From the NCBI GenBank assembly GCA_963818475.1, contig CAWFSF010000006.1, positions 1,248,001 through 1,312,000 on the forward strand: a stretch of 64,000 nucleotides of DNA. Reading direction: 5' to 3'. Shown here in pieces: positions 32,330 to 45,016 of the stretch (position 1 is its first letter; the number at the start of each line of letters is the position of its first letter). Below the pieces are notes generated by a model, which was given only the letters and a program-made list of their open reading frames with translations, had not been told where the DNA came from and ran no database searches. A program made the translations under genes and the position numbers. Origin of the DNA: Nitrospirota bacterium. GTDB taxonomy: Bacteria; Nitrospirota; UBA9217.

Positions 32330-32842
32330 TCAATATTCTACAATCAGCCTGCCCTTACTGTCCTTCTTGGCAGGCTTGGATGCCTTCATTTTCTGCTGCT
32401 CCTGACGTTCTTTCCCGGTCATGAGCAGGTATTGGGCCTTTCTCGTCAGGTCCTTTTTCCCGTTGGTGATGCTCACCTGCGCCATGATCCTGCCGATCCC
32501 CTGCTCCGGAACCCGCACCGAGAACCGGATGGACCTCGGCTCCATTTTTACGGCGGGCCCAGACCACGAGAGATCGCCGCTCACGAGGTCCACACCGCCA
32601 GAAAGCTTGACCGTGACGGTCATATTCCCGGCATCATGCGATGATATCGCCGTAGCAGCAAGTTCGACCACATCGCCAGCCTGTATCGCGTTCAGGTCAA
32701 TGCCGGGCTGGGCCGGTGAGATCGATATCTGCAAAGGATGCTGCGGTTTGTACTGCAGCTCAGCGGCCAAGATACCGCCAGCATGCAGGCATGAGACCGA
32801 AATGATGATCGCGAGCCAGATTGGATTTTTTCTGTTCATCAT
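32330..32842 (-). CDS. Small secreted Ig-like protein
   Basis: Signal peptide, beta-sandwich pattern, 10 nt upstream of the peptidase gene. Confidence 0.7.
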   Translation of the reverse strand: MMNRKNPIWLAIIISVSCLHAGGILAAELQYKPQHPLQISISPAQPGIDLNAIQAGDVVELAATAISSHDAGNMTVTVKLSGGVDLVSGDLSWSGPAVKMEPRSIRFSVRVPEQGIGRIMAQVSITNGKKDLTRKAQYLLMTGKERQEQQKMKASKPAKKDSKGRLIVEY

Positions 32843-32998
32843 CGTATACCCCTTGTCCTGGTAAATTTCGTTCTTTCAGCCCCACGTTGAGGACGTGATA
32901 GGTTACAACACTGCACACGCTGACGCAAGAATTAATTCCAGGACCAGGTCCGGGTGATGGCAGCGACCAAGCATTCTATGTCTAGCACCGAATGCGAT

Positions 32999-33026
32999 AA
33001 AAAAAGGGTGGCATCGCTGCCACCCC
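32999..33026 (-). terminator. Intrinsic terminator
   Basis: GGGTGGCA/TGCCACCC stem followed by a T run on the minus strand. Confidence 0.7.
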
Positions 33027-33049
33027 GTGAATTATTGGATTGGTCACTG

Positions 33050-36000
33050 CTACTTTGGGATTACCTGAGAAGCTTTCCTGGCGGCATCAACACCAAGCAG
33101 CTGATTCCTCCCGTTCTTCCCGGTCGTGCTCACGCCGAGCTTTGACCAGCGCTCAGTCTGAGTCGTGGTGCCATAGTTGTAATATACTTCATGGTAATGC
33201 TGCGCTTGCGTATTGTAGTCGTACACATTGACGTAGACATTCACATTCTCAGGAGCCGCAAAGCCGCAGAAGTTCGCGTCGAAGGTAAATCCGGATGCAG
33301 TCAGGGTCGCTGCACCATAGCCATAGTTCGCCTGCATCCATGGATCATTGGTGAAGTTCGTCCACGTGCCACACGCATAGACCTGAGCGTAAAGCTGTCC
33401 GTTTGATCCGCTGAACCCTGACGCAATGGGATCTGAGATCGTTCCGGTTATCGTCTGGACGCCGGAGAGGCCGTTCGTCCCGTGAGCGGGGCTCGTGATG
33501 GTCACAAAGCGCGGTTTGTCGATCCCATTCGTCGAGGTGAGGTACAAGTCGTGACACGATGAGCCCTGGGGATCGTTATAGTTGCAGATCCTGATAGTGT
33601 TGTCCGTACCGTTAAAGAGCGGAATGTTCGTTATCGTAAAGCTTCCGTTCACGATCGGCACCGTACCCTGTTGGTTCAGCGTGTCGGTGAAATTGATGCT
33701 TCCGTTCTGCGTGGTCGTCGTACCGATGATCGTGACGCTCGTATTACTTGCCCCGGCATCCCAGTAATCGTTTCCGCAATAGGGCGTGGTTATCGTGACA
33801 GCGCCGTTGTTGCCCGTTACCGATGTGAGGTTCATGCGCAGCATGGGCGAGGTCGTGTTATGGCTGATAACGTATACACTATTGTACATTCCCGACATGG
33901 AAACGTCGAGATAGTTCCACTGATAGGCATTGGTAAGTCCATAGACCTTGACTCCCGAAACGGACCACGAGCCGTCCGCGTTCGTAAAGGCCTTATAGCT
34001 TTCTTCCTGGTTGCACATCCAGTTCCGCAGGAATATCTGCGCTCCTTCGCGGTTCGAGGTGCCTTCCACGGTGACTGTGGCCGATGTGCCTGAGTCGTAA
34101 TCGGGATTCGGCGTTATGGCCGTTCCGGAAGCATTCTTGACCGCCGTGATGGTGAATGACGGCGGGCTGTAAGCACAGCTCCCGGTAGTGGTGATCGTGA
34201 TGCTCGTATAGCGTCCCTGGGAATCATTGATGTCGACGATGTTCGATCCGCCCGGACCGACCAACGGCACAGCGAACCGGAACGTACCGTCTGTGTTCGA
34301 CACGCTCTGACTCTCATAGTAGTTGCCAGTCGCCTGGCTTCCAGTCCAGTAAGCCCACATCTGCCCGGCCTCGGCAGTACCCTCAATCACCGCCGAACAG
34401 TTGGTGTCGGCATACCGGTTCTGGGCAACAGCCGGGTCATAGGAATTCCCGTCGATGCGCGTTATCGTCGGCTTGATGACGGGCTTGCCGGTTGAGGTAT
34501 TGATGCTCATCCAGACGCCGCTGTTTGCGGCATCGTAGATGCTCACTTGGTTCCAGCCATTGAACAGAACCGCATCGATGGTGAAGTTTCCGTTTGAATC
34601 GGGAATGAGGGTGCCGCTCGCATATCCCCCATCGCTGTAGACATAGTACCGCCCATTCGCAATGGTTTTGAACTTACCGGCAACATTGATGGTGTAGTTC
34701 GCAGCGGCATCCAGCGTGGCCGTCCAGTCGGAACTCGTGCCGTAATCCGCGGTCTTGGTGATGGTCGAACTGCCAGCCGCGGTCACGTTGGTGATTGATA
34801 TAGGCGGCACCCAGACCGAGCCGGTGTCCGTCTGGACATAGAATATCGTCCGATAGTAAGTAGATGTACCGCCGCTGTAAATGTTCTTAGAGAGCGTTAT
34901 ACGATTGTTGCCCTTGTAGATCTCGATGCCCGAAGGGACCATCGTGTCGCTGGTGAAAGTATTGTCTCCTGATCCCGACGTGGTAACGGTGCTGCGTGAT
35001 TGGATGTAGAACTGTCCGTCATTGTTGGTAACCATGACGTCCAGGGACGTGACATCCAGGTCGGTAACGGAGCCAAAGACATTGACCTTGCTCGCGCCCG
35101 GCGCCTTGTAATAGTTCCACTGGTCTCCGTAAACCGTATTTCCCATCTCGTCGGTGACGTCCCAGATGACGATGGGTGGCTGCTTGCCGCCTGTGGTAAG
35201 AACCCAGAAGCTCTTATACAGGGGAGAACGGCCGACGGGAGCACTGTCTTCCCGGATGGAAAACGTATTGACCCCTTTGTAGAGTGGAACGGTGAGATTC
35301 GCTTTGCGGTCGGTGAACGAGACACCGAATTCCTTGCGTGCGCCTCCCATCTGTGTCACGGTTGCGGTCGGAACATCCATGTTCGGCGTGTAGATTGTCA
35401 TCGTGGTCTGGAAAGCGCTGCCGAGATCGTACCCGAAGATCGCCGGATTATAGACAACCGGGGGCACCGCCATGTTCGTTCCGGCCCGGACCTCGACCGA
35501 CAGCTCGGCATAAATGCCTGCGATGGTGAACCGGCGAACCGAACTGACCGCGCTGATGTCCTGCAGAATATCGCGGGTCGTCTTGTTCACCACGAAATTC
35601 GGGTCGTTCGGATTGTTCGGATCAGGCACGGCGGTGGCTGTCCCGAGTCCGATCACCTCCCAGTAATACCTGCCCCCTTCCTGGGTGTGAAAATTCGCAT
35701 AGGTGTCGAAGCCGAGCTTTTGGCCGACGTCGAAACCTTGCAGGTCCGCGAGGGGGTCCTGCTCGGTACTGAAGGAAGTTACCGTTGACGGGAAGGCGAA
35801 AGCAAATCCGTTATAGGGCTGCCGCTCGTCGGTTACGACGAGAATATAGGTTTGGACCCCGGTCGCGGCATCCCAGGAGAACTTAGCTTTGAGATTGTCG
35901 TTGTCCGGCATCTTGCTCATAATGCCGCCGTCGACGATCTCCGTGCGCCACAGGATCTCCGGCGTGAACGGGTAGATCACCTGGTACAGCTTGGTGCTGA

Positions 36001-37832
36001 TGAGGCTCGGTTTGTTGATCGTCTTGTCGCGGTTGTCGATGCCGATGGAGCCGCTTACGATCTTCCAGCTGCCGTTCTTGAACTTGAGGGTGAGGTAGAA
36101 CGATTCTCGCGGCGCAGCATCTAGGCACCGGCTCAGGTTCACGGAGTTTGCCGCCGTCAGTATGAACTCGAAATCGGCCGTATTGGTCAGCGCGACGACA
36201 TTGATCGAATCGCCGGCTTTCGGCGTTATAACGCCGTCAATGGTCGAGCCGCAATATTCCCACTGCGGGAAGGCGTTCGTCACGAGCATGCGGCTGAACT
36301 CGCCAAGACTGTACCGGCCGTCGCGGTTGATGTCCGTGCCGGTATCGATGCCGTTGGTTGCGACATCGTAATCCATGTAGAACTCGCCGGACATGACGCT
36401 CTGCAACTGGGCGATATTCCGGTCGTTCATGGCCCGCACCCACTTGCCGAACACCGCCTTGACCTGGGCCTGCATGTTCTGGTATTCGGCAGATGCCGTC
36501 GGATCGATCCCGGGCGTGTCCTCCGCGTTCTTGGTCGTTATGGAACCGGTCAGCGTGTTGATCGTATGGCCGGCCAGGTCCCTGCCGCCGCTCACCGTCA
36601 GCGCGTAGCTCGTGTCGAGCTTCAGCGGTTCACCAAGAATGAACTCATACACGAAGAGGCCGCCGGCTGTTTTGCCAAGGAACAGGACACCGGGCTTCAC
36701 GCCGATGCTCGGCGTGCCTCGCAGAGCGATGCCGTTCACATCGAGCGGTTTGTTGGACTCGATCCGGAAGGACTGGGTGACATCGACCGTACCGCCCATC
36801 TCGATCACCGTAGGGCTGTTCCACTGCACGGTGGGGTCGATCGTGTCCGCTGCCGATGCCGTGAACTTCCCTACGGCGGTCTTTTTGAGGGCATTGCCGT
36901 ACACGTTCAGAGACCGGGGAAGACTGGGATCGGAATCCTCGCCGTGGATGGTTATCGTGTACTCCTGTCCCGGCGTCATCTGGACGCCCGGATCGAGGTA
37001 ATAGGTCGCCGTAAGCCAGTCAGCCGATAGAGACCATTTGCCCGCAACCGAAGGATAGATCTCGATTCCGCTTATGAGGCTGTCGCGCCACATGGGCAAG
37101 CTGAAGGAGATTTGGATGGCCGAGTTTGCCGGGAGCGTGGCCGTTACGGCACTGTCATTATAGCCCCACCGCTCGGTACCGTCGGTGATCTTTTTCGTGC
37201 CGAACATGTAGATCACCTCGGGCGCCACGTCGCTCGGCAGCACCTCGAAGTCAACGTTCGGAATGGCTCCCTCGAAATTCATCACGATGCTCTGGACCGC
37301 AACGATCGGCTTCTGGCCGAGGCCGAAACCGGAATAGGCCACCAGCGTATAATTTCCGGCCGGAATGGGATCACCGTCCGTGTAGGTCGCATCCGCTGTT
37401 CTTCGAAGCGTTGGTCATGGAGGAGAGCGTGTAGTTTCCGTCAGAATCGGTGCTGCCTGAGGAGACAGGGAAGAGCCATTCGGGATGGTCGGCGTCGTAC
37501 ATGTCGACCTGTGCGTTGGCAAGGGCGGTCGCGAACGAAGCCGCATTCAGCTTATTCAGGAGATCGTAGTCAGGCAGATAGGCCGGGCGGTCCGCGGCCC
37601 CCTGTATAGGCGGCCGAAGCGACGCGACGTCCGCCAAAAACTTTGATTTTGACAGTTGCGTTTTTCCATTGCCCACAATGGACGCGGACAAGGTCACCTT
37701 GCCGGACACCACGGTGCTGCCGCTACCGATTGTGGAGCTTCCTCCTTTGCCGGAGCCGCTGCATCCACCCATAACCATCAGAATAGAAAGAAAAATGATC
37801 GAAAACACGGTCGTTGATAGGAACCGTTTCAT
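33050..37832 (-). CDS. Giant (~1590 aa) Ig-like repeat lipoprotein (frameshift near 37380)
   Basis: Lipobox VMGGC. Big_5-like domains (DTIDPTV..LKLDTSYALTVSGGRDLAG), an NTF2-like segment with DINRDGRYSLGEF, repeated L..G.N.I Ig units. Two ORF-track pieces joined. Confidence 0.75.
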
Positions 37833-37931
37833 AGTGCTACCTCCCCCTGCTTGTCTTAAACGCTGTTTTTTCGAAAGTTCCAGGGACCCGCAGTTCAGGT
37901 ACTATTCACCTGCCATTGATCCCGGTACTCA

Positions 37932-39173
37932 TTAGTACGAATAGGAGGATGACAAGAAGATCAGCCATCCCAGTACGTCAACGTTCTGTATGTTCGAAAT
38001 ATCTCGCTGGATCTGTGCCTTGCCCGATCCGGAGGTAATGCTGCCGCCAAAGGATATGGATGTGTTCCGCGTGAAGTTGCTGATGCTGAGGCTCATGCCG
38101 TACAGATCCACCTTCTCGTCCTGGTTGAACCGCGTGGGGTCGAGTTCGGGAGTGTTGGCCATGTTCGTGAACAGCCCGCCACGCACCGCCCAGTTCTTAT
38201 CGAGGAAATATTCAGTTCCCAGTGCAAGATTTACCACGTCCACCCGGTCGCCGTTCGGATTCTCGACCTTGGTGTAATAGGAAAGATCAGCACTCAGCAA
38301 CAGGCTGCTTGTAGGGAAGTACGCCGCACCGAGACGAACTTCGACAGGATACTTGGGAGTTGTAGACTCACCGGTCATCGACGGCCGGGACAAGATACCG
38401 GTCTGATCGACTTGGGACAACTGGACGTCGACGGACGAGCTATAGACAAACGTTTTTGCCACAGAAAGACCGATCGACAGTTTGTCCATCGGTGCGATCA
38501 TGACGCCCAGGATCGGTTTGTATCCCCGCTCCACTTTTTCTATGTAGCTGTTCTCCCACAGGAATGAGGTGCCGTCCTGCAGCGAAATGAACTGGTTCAA
38601 AACGGACTGGTTGCTGCGGTGATAGAGATAGAGGGTCATGCCGGCCGCTATTTTGCTGTTTAATTCCATCGCCAGTGAAGGGCCGAGCAGGTACGTCGTG
38701 TCCTCATTGTTGAAATTGATGGTGTACTTCGTTGCCGGCTGGCCCAGGCTTGTCGGAAAACTGCCGGTGAAGGTCTGGTCCTGGTCCTCCCGGATCGAGT
38801 CAGGGACCGCATAGGAGAAGCCGAACTTGAACTTGCCGAGCGGCTGGATGATGCCGAAGAAATTCGGCAGAAGCGATGTGGACCTTCTCTCCCAACCAAG
38901 GCCGCCGATGACGCTGTCGTATTTCTTTGTTTGATCGTAGTACGAGTTCAGACTGGCGGACAGGTTCCTGCCGGTGGCATAGACGATGCCGGCGGGATTG
39001 TAATATAACCCGCTGGGATCGTCGGAAATGCCGGCATAGGCGCCGCCCATGCCCGTTGCCCGGTCACCGATCAGCATATTATTGTAATGGAACTCATCCG
39101 CGCTCGAAACACTGCTGACCATGACAAGCATAACGATCATCGCCAATGCTGCGCTGAATTTTCGAAGAGACAT
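37932..39173 (-). CDS. FadL/OmpP1-like outer-membrane beta-barrel
   Basis: Signal peptide, GDRATGMGGAYAGISDDPSGLYYNPAGI plug motif, C-terminal aromatic SYSY. Confidence 0.82.
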   Translation of the reverse strand: MSLRKFSAALAMIVMLVMVSSVSSADEFHYNNMLIGDRATGMGGAYAGISDDPSGLYYNPAGIVYATGRNLSASLNSYYDQTKKYDSVIGGLGWERRSTSLLPNFFGIIQPLGKFKFGFSYAVPDSIREDQDQTFTGSFPTSLGQPATKYTINFNNEDTTYLLGPSLAMELNSKIAAGMTLYLYHRSNQSVLNQFISLQDGTSFLWENSYIEKVERGYKPILGVMIAPMDKLSIGLSVAKTFVYSSSVDVQLSQVDQTGILSRPSMTGESTTPKYPVEVRLGAAYFPTSSLLLSADLSYYTKVENPNGDRVDVVNLALGTEYFLDKNWAVRGGLFTNMANTPELDPTRFNQDEKVDLYGMSLSISNFTRNTSISFGGSITSGSGKAQIQRDISNIQNVDVLGWLIFLSSSYSY

Positions 39174-39217
39174 TGATACCTCCACCGGGTCGAAAAGATT
39201 ATATTTCACGCAAAACG

Positions 39218-40054
39218 TTATTTTACGGTTTTCATGGTTTCGGAAAAACGCGCCTTATGTGCGTTCAGGGCTGCGGGATCGATACCGGCCTCCGTTATCG
39301 TATCTTTTAACAGGAGGATGCGGGTTTCATAGGCCGGATGCGTCTTGTCGAGCACTTCCGTTGTCTTGCCTTTCGCAGCTTTTATCCGTTCGAAATACCG
39401 GACCAGCCCGGTGGGATCGTAGCCGGTGACCGCGCACAGCATGACCGATCCCTTGTCGGCCTGGATCTCATCCTCACGCTTGTAGCCTGTTGTGAAAAGC
39501 GTGTCCATGGCCTTATCCACGGCCTTTGAGAAAGCAATGCGGGCGGACTCGGTCCCTCCGCCGATCAGCCGCGCCAGTCCGGAAACCGCGGAGCCTTCTG
39601 CGGCCTTGATGTCCAGCTCCTTGACCACGTGCTTCCCATTGATATGTCCCATCTCATGGGCAATGACACCGGCAAGTTCCGACTCATCCTGCATTTTGTC
39701 GATCGCACCCTTGGTGACGAAGATATAGCCGCCCGGTGCGGCATAGGCGTTGATTTCCGAAGTATTGAGGACCGCGAAATGGTACTTCAGCTCCGGCCGG
39801 TTCGAATTGGCGGCAAGGGAGAGTCCCACGAGGTTGAGATATTTCGTAAGCGGATCGCTGGTATAGAGTCCGTACCGGCCTATTAATCTGGCAGCGACCT
39901 CCCGGCCGAAACGGATCTCTTCGGTGACGTCATCGCTCGTCGCTTCCTGGGGGGCGGCCGAAACCCGCTGCCGCCATGCCTGATCATCGGCGGCATGTGC
40001 TGCCGCAGGAAGAGCGAATGCCACCAGTAAAGCGAATAGGGTGATCTTCCTCAT
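39218..40054 (-). CDS. M48-family periplasmic metallopeptidase
   Basis: INAYAAPGGYIFVTKG, ELAGVIAHEMGH, E..AD, GYDP, THP..R. Confidence 0.9.
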   Translation of the reverse strand: MRKITLFALLVAFALPAAAHAADDQAWRQRVSAAPQEATSDDVTEEIRFGREVAARLIGRYGLYTSDPLTKYLNLVGLSLAANSNRPELKYHFAVLNTSEINAYAAPGGYIFVTKGAIDKMQDESELAGVIAHEMGHINGKHVVKELDIKAAEGSAVSGLARLIGGGTESARIAFSKAVDKAMDTLFTTGYKREDEIQADKGSVMLCAVTGYDPTGLVRYFERIKAAKGKTTEVLDKTHPAYETRILLLKDTITEAGIDPAALNAHKARFSETMKTVK

Positions 40055-40536
40055 ATTTTGCCGCCTTCCATGAACCGCACAAGGTCGGCCTCCGGCACGG
40101 CGTACCGTTCCACTTTTTCGAGACCGTCGTAGTCGAGCTTATCCTCGCCGCCCAGCCTTCTGCGATCATCGGCCGCAAGACCTCTCGCGGCTGCAGCGCT
40201 CGTATACGTCGATGCGCGCCTTCGCACGCCCTGCTTCAATTCCGACGTATCAGTTTTAAACAGCGAGGGCCGTGCCAGAGGAGGAGCGGACGAAAGTAGG
40301 ATTGCTGCCACATACCCTTCCTTCTCGTAGTAGCTGACCTTTATCCAGCTCCCCTGTTTTCCGATCGCGGAGAGCTTGGTCCCCTTGCCGGCCTCGCCGA
40401 GCACGTTCGCCTTGAATGATGGCGCTGAAAGCACTTTTGCCTTCAGGCTTTGCACGTAATACGTTTCCAGTGAATAGGCCGTGCCGGCGGCCATACCGAC
40501 GAGCACTCCCATGAGTACCACGATGATCTTTTTCAT
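40051..40536 (-). CDS. Exported bacterial SH3-domain protein
   Basis: Signal peptide, ..GSWIKVSY..KEGYV SH3b pattern, TSAAAARGL tail. ATGA overlap with M48. Confidence 0.75.
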   Translation of the reverse strand: MKKIIVVLMGVLVGMAAGTAYSLETYYVQSLKAKVLSAPSFKANVLGEAGKGTKLSAIGKQGSWIKVSYYEKEGYVAAILLSSAPPLARPSLFKTDTSELKQGVRRRASTYTSAAAARGLAADDRRRLGGEDKLDYDGLEKVERYAVPEADLVRFMEGGKI

Positions 40537-40656
40537 TGCAGCTCCCTTCCTTTGTGCCGTACGATCCTACCCGAAGCATGCACGGCTGTAAATAGCCATG
40601 TCGGGGTAATTTCAGGGTATCCTGCCTGATCGCTGCTGACGCGCGTAAGGCACGGG

Positions 40657-42588
40657 TCACACCGCCGTGTAGATGTTCACCGGCTGTTCCCTGCCCTTGA
40701 CCTTCACGTTTCCCAGTTGCCTGCCGTCGATCTTGTCCTTGATCTTCTCGTACGTATACTCCGAGAAGATCAGCGGGCTCTTGTATTCCTTGGTGATGCT
40801 TTCCAGCCGCGACGCAAGGTTGACCGTATCCCCCACGATCGTATAGTTCTTTTTCTTCTCGGACCCGATCTCGCCGATCGTGGCTACCCCGGTGTTGATG
40901 CCGACGCCGATCTTGACCTCCATGTCCAGACCCCGCTCCCTGAGGGTCGCGTTGACCTGTTCGAGCGCCTCGATCATTTCCTTGCCTGCAAGCACGGCCT
41001 GTTCGGCATGATCGGCCGTCTTGACCGGCGCGCCCCAGAATGCCATGATCGCATCGCCGATATACTTGTCGATCGTGCCGTTATGCTTCAGGATGATGTC
41101 GGCCATGATCGTAAAATGGACGTTCAGCATTTCCACGATCTTCTCAGGCGGCGTGGTCTCCGACATGGTCGTGAAACCGCGGATATCGGAGAACAGGACC
41201 GTCAGTTCAACCTTCGTGCCGGCGCTCGCCTTCTGGTATTCCTTGTAATTGTGCAGCACCTCGTGCAGGACATCTTTCGACACATACTGCGTAAAGAGGT
41301 GTGACACTCGCCGTTTTTCGGCGGCTTCGGTAAAGGTAAGGTACCCGAAGGACAGAAAACTGCTTGCCACGGTGGCAAAGATGAACGGCACCTCCTCGAC
41401 CATCATATTCGACCTGAAGGCGAAGAGCGAGTACCCGATATAGGAGGAAAGCAACACCAGCGGGAAAGCAGCCCGCAGGAAGAACGTGCCGGACAAACAT
41501 GATCACCAGCGTGGTCAGGAACGCTCCGATGAGCATGGAAGCAATGGTAAGCCGCCGGTCAGGCGGCTTGAGAAAATCGTTCATGCAGATAATTGGCGGC
41601 AAGAGAAACGTGAAAAATAACACCGGGCGAGCTCGCTGCAAGCGGCGTCGGCTTGAGGTCGTGAACCGCCCACCGCGCTTACGCCGATGAAGACGATGGC
41701 ATCCTTGAACTCATCGGGATTGACGAGCAGGTTTTCCACCTCTCCCTGCTGTATCTTTTGAAGGGACGCAAAGATCCCGCCGATGGAATAGGGCTTCACC
41801 ATATCGATCCCGTACATATTGATAGCGTAATTGCCGCTTTGGTCAACGGGAATAACGCGGTCATTGATCGTAAGTGCATCTTTGCCGATCATGACACGCG
41901 AATGTTCATCGATAAAAGGCGCAATGCCGAGCACCGGGAAATATTTTCCCTGATATTCGCGCAAAGGCTTTGTTCTTCTCAGGACGCCATCGCTGTCAGG
42001 CGGGAACTCCACAACAGCAATGCCTTGAGAAACGGAACGGAGCGGTTCTATCGGAAGGGCAAAATCGTTGTTCTTTTCCTCGGCCTTGACCGGCAGGCCT
42101 CCTGTTATCTGCTTGACGGCATAGCGGGCGACAAAATCCTCGGGCAGCGGCATTCCCAGGTCCGTATGGGACCGTCGGTCATCATCGGCCTTGGCACGGT
42201 TGATCATCATGCTATGGTAGATGTTTCCCGATGACTGGGTCGCAGTCGCCAGCGCCCCGTCGTTCTCCTCGTCCTGCCGTGCGTCAAAAAGAATATCGAA
42301 CAATACTGCTTTCGCGCCGCCGACCTTCATGAACTCGAGCAATTCGGCCCATATCTGGCGGGGCCAGGGCCACCTGCCGGCGATCCCCTCAAGCGCTTTG
42401 ATCGAAGCATCATCAACAAGCACGACCTTGATCGAGCTGGGTGGTATTTTATCCGAGCGGAAGATCTTCGATTTAGCGTCAAACGCAAACAGGTCGGGCT
42501 TCTCGAATGCACCGGCGTAATACATGAGGAGGGTAACGGTAAATACGAAGATTGAAACAGACAGGGCAATGAGGATTTTTTTTGTCAT
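40657..42588 (-). CDS. CHASE2-domain class III adenylate cyclase (frameshifted)
   Basis: GRWPWPR and DSDGVLRR (CHASE2). FSDIRGFT, DKYIGDAIMAFWGAP, YTIVGDTVNLASRLE with ATP-type K/T residues. Confidence 0.9.
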
Positions 42589-42901
42589 AAGGATTCCATC
42601 GTTTTTGCTTTTATCACGAAAAGGAGTTAACCCCCTGTCATCTGGACGACCATGGTAAAAATTGATACTAAATGATGACAAGAGATGGGGTAATACTAGC
42701 ACCTTTTTACAGAAAATTCCACTTTTTTTAGGGATGAGACTTCATATTTGAATGAATATCAGTTATTTACTGTAGTTTTAAGGCAGGAAGCATCTACGAG
42801 GTTTGTGTGTCGATTCCCTGGCGGAGGCTCTGTTAAGCCTGATCAGGAGAACCTCCTGATATGCTCACGAAAACAGGTGGAGCACCCGGTTCGCGTCAGG
42901 C

Positions 42902-44304
42902 TCACTTTCCGGGTTTTTGCGTGTGTACAGACAGCTCGTGGACATCCTCGGCTGCTTCCATGACCGCTTCGGCAAGCGTTGGATGGGCATGGATCAGTTG
43001 CCCAAGCTGTCGTGCTGTGGCGCCCATCTGCATGGCAAGCGCTCCTTCATGAATAAGGTCAGCAGCATGGGCGCCGCACAGATGCACGCCCAGTATCCTG
43101 TCCGTATCTGTCGCGGCAATGATCTTTGCGATCCCTGTTATTTCTCCCATGGCGTGCGCCTTTCCGAGCCCGCGAAACTGGAACCTGCCGACCCGGTACT
43201 CGATCCCCTTTTCCCGCGCCTGCTGCTCCCGCATACCGACGCTGCCGATCTCGGGCATGGTGAAAATTCCGGCTGGAACGACGGCATAATCCATAACTGC
43301 ATTGCCGCCCAGCGCATTTTCGGCAGCAATGAGGCCCTGGTGCGAGGCGACATGGGCAAGCATGACATGACCGGTAACATCACCGACAGCATAGATGCCG
43401 GCAACGTTCGTTTCCATGCGGTCATTCACGACGATCTCTCCGCGGCCTGCCCTTGTTCACGCCCAGTGCCTCAAGACCGATACTTTCCGAATTCATGCGG
43501 CGGCCGATCGAAACGAGGATCGCTTCTGTTTTTATTTCCTGTCCGTTCGAAAGCAGCGCATTCATCATGCCGTCAGGGCTCTTTGTTTACTGACTCCACC
43601 TTGACGTTAGTGATGAGTTTGATCTTTGCCTTTTTAAATTCGCGTTCAATAATGCCGGATAGTTCTTCATCCTCTGTTGACAGCGCATGGGGCATCATTT
43701 CGGCCATGGTCACTTCGGCGCCGAACGACCGGTAGATGAAAGCGAATTCGCTGCCGATCACGCCCGCTCCGACAATGAGCAGGCTTTTCGGAATTCTTTT
43801 CAGTTGCACCGCATCGTCGCTGGTCATCACCTGCCTCGCCGTCAAAAGGAAAACCGCCAGTTTCGCCGGACGCGAACCCGTTGCTATGATGACTTTGTCG
43901 GACCGAATGTCGAGGGTCGAACCGTCTTTTTTTTCAACCCGTACGATATCCCGTGAAATCAGTGAACCGCGCCCTTCAATAAGAGTAACACCCCAGCTTT
44001 TAAGCAATCCGCGGATACCTTTTATCTGCGTTGAGACGATCTTGTCCTTTCGCTCCAGGATCCGCGACAGATTGAACCCTATTGTCCCGGTCACCTCGAC
44101 CCCGAATTCGCCTGCACGACGGGTGCGCTCCAGCGCTTCTGCGGAGGCAATAAGCGTTTTCGTCGGGATACATCCCCAGTTCAGACAGGTCCCGCCGACT
44201 TCGGCATCTTCAACAACGGTAACCTGCGCACCTTTTTGCGCAGCCCGTATCGCGGCCACGTATCCGCCTGGACCTGCTCCTATGATCGTCAGCTTTACCG
44301 TCAT
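42902..44304 (-). CDS. lpdA: Dihydrolipoyl dehydrogenase (frameshifted)
   Basis: GAGPGGYVAAIRAAQ, GGTCLNWGCIP, GAGVIGSE, HAHPTLAE. Confidence 0.94.
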
Positions 44305-44418
44305 GCGTCCCTCCCTGCAGCTCATCGGTGAGATTGCAACAAGCATTTTTGCGCAGCACCCTGTATCGCTGCAGCTGTTCTGCCTGGAGCCTGTCGAACA
44401 AAAGATGCTTGAGCAATA

Positions 44419-44450
44419 GAAAAGGGAGAGCATACACTCTCCCTTTTTTT
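44419..44450. terminator. Intrinsic terminator after gcvH (possibly bidirectional)
   Basis: AAAAGGGAGAG-loop-CTCTCCCTTTT. Confidence 0.65.
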
Positions 44451-44492
44451 CTCATAACAATGATGGCGATTGCTCGCCAGTGATCACCGAAA

Positions 44493-44882
44493 CTATTTTT
44501 CTTCTTCTTCTTTTAAGAACTTTTCATATTCAGACCTGCTCATGAGATCGTTCACTTCGGTCGGATCGCTCATTTCGACCACGACGAGCCATCCATTGCC
44601 GTACGGGTCTTCATTGATGATCTCGGGAGAATCGGCAAGGTCTTCGTTGACCTCTACAACCGTACCGGTGATCGGGCTGACCACCGGCGATGTGGCTTTT
44701 GTTGATTCGATCTCGGAGAGCTCGGAATCAGCGTCTACTTCTGTATCGACCTCGGGGAGATCGACATACACGATATCGCCGAGCTGTTGCTGCGCAAAAT
44801 CACTGATGCCGATGGTCGCGCGTTTGCCTTCAACCCGCACCCATGAATGATCTCTATGATACTTTATATCGTCAGGATTCAT
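44493..44882 (-). CDS. gcvH: Glycine cleavage system H protein
   Basis: GISDFAQQQLGDIVYV, IESTKATS lipoyl site, INEDPYGNGWL. Confidence 0.94.
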   Translation of the reverse strand: MNPDDIKYHRDHSWVRVEGKRATIGISDFAQQQLGDIVYVDLPEVDTEVDADSELSEIESTKATSPVVSPITGTVVEVNEDLADSPEIINEDPYGNGWLVVVEMSDPTEVNDLMSRSEYEKFLKEEEEK

Positions 44883-44989
44883 TTTGCACCTCCAAGATGA
44901 TGTGCACGAATAAGAATGAGTTTGTTTTTATCCTATGCGCCTTATTTTGTCAAGCAAAAATAATACAATGAGCGCAGGTGATGCTGAAT

Positions 44990-45016
44990 AAAAAAAGGGA
45001 TGCGATATCGCATCCC
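44990..45016 (-). terminator. Intrinsic terminator after rnfB
   Basis: GGGATGCG/CGCATCCC stem followed by T7 on the minus strand. Confidence 0.7.
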
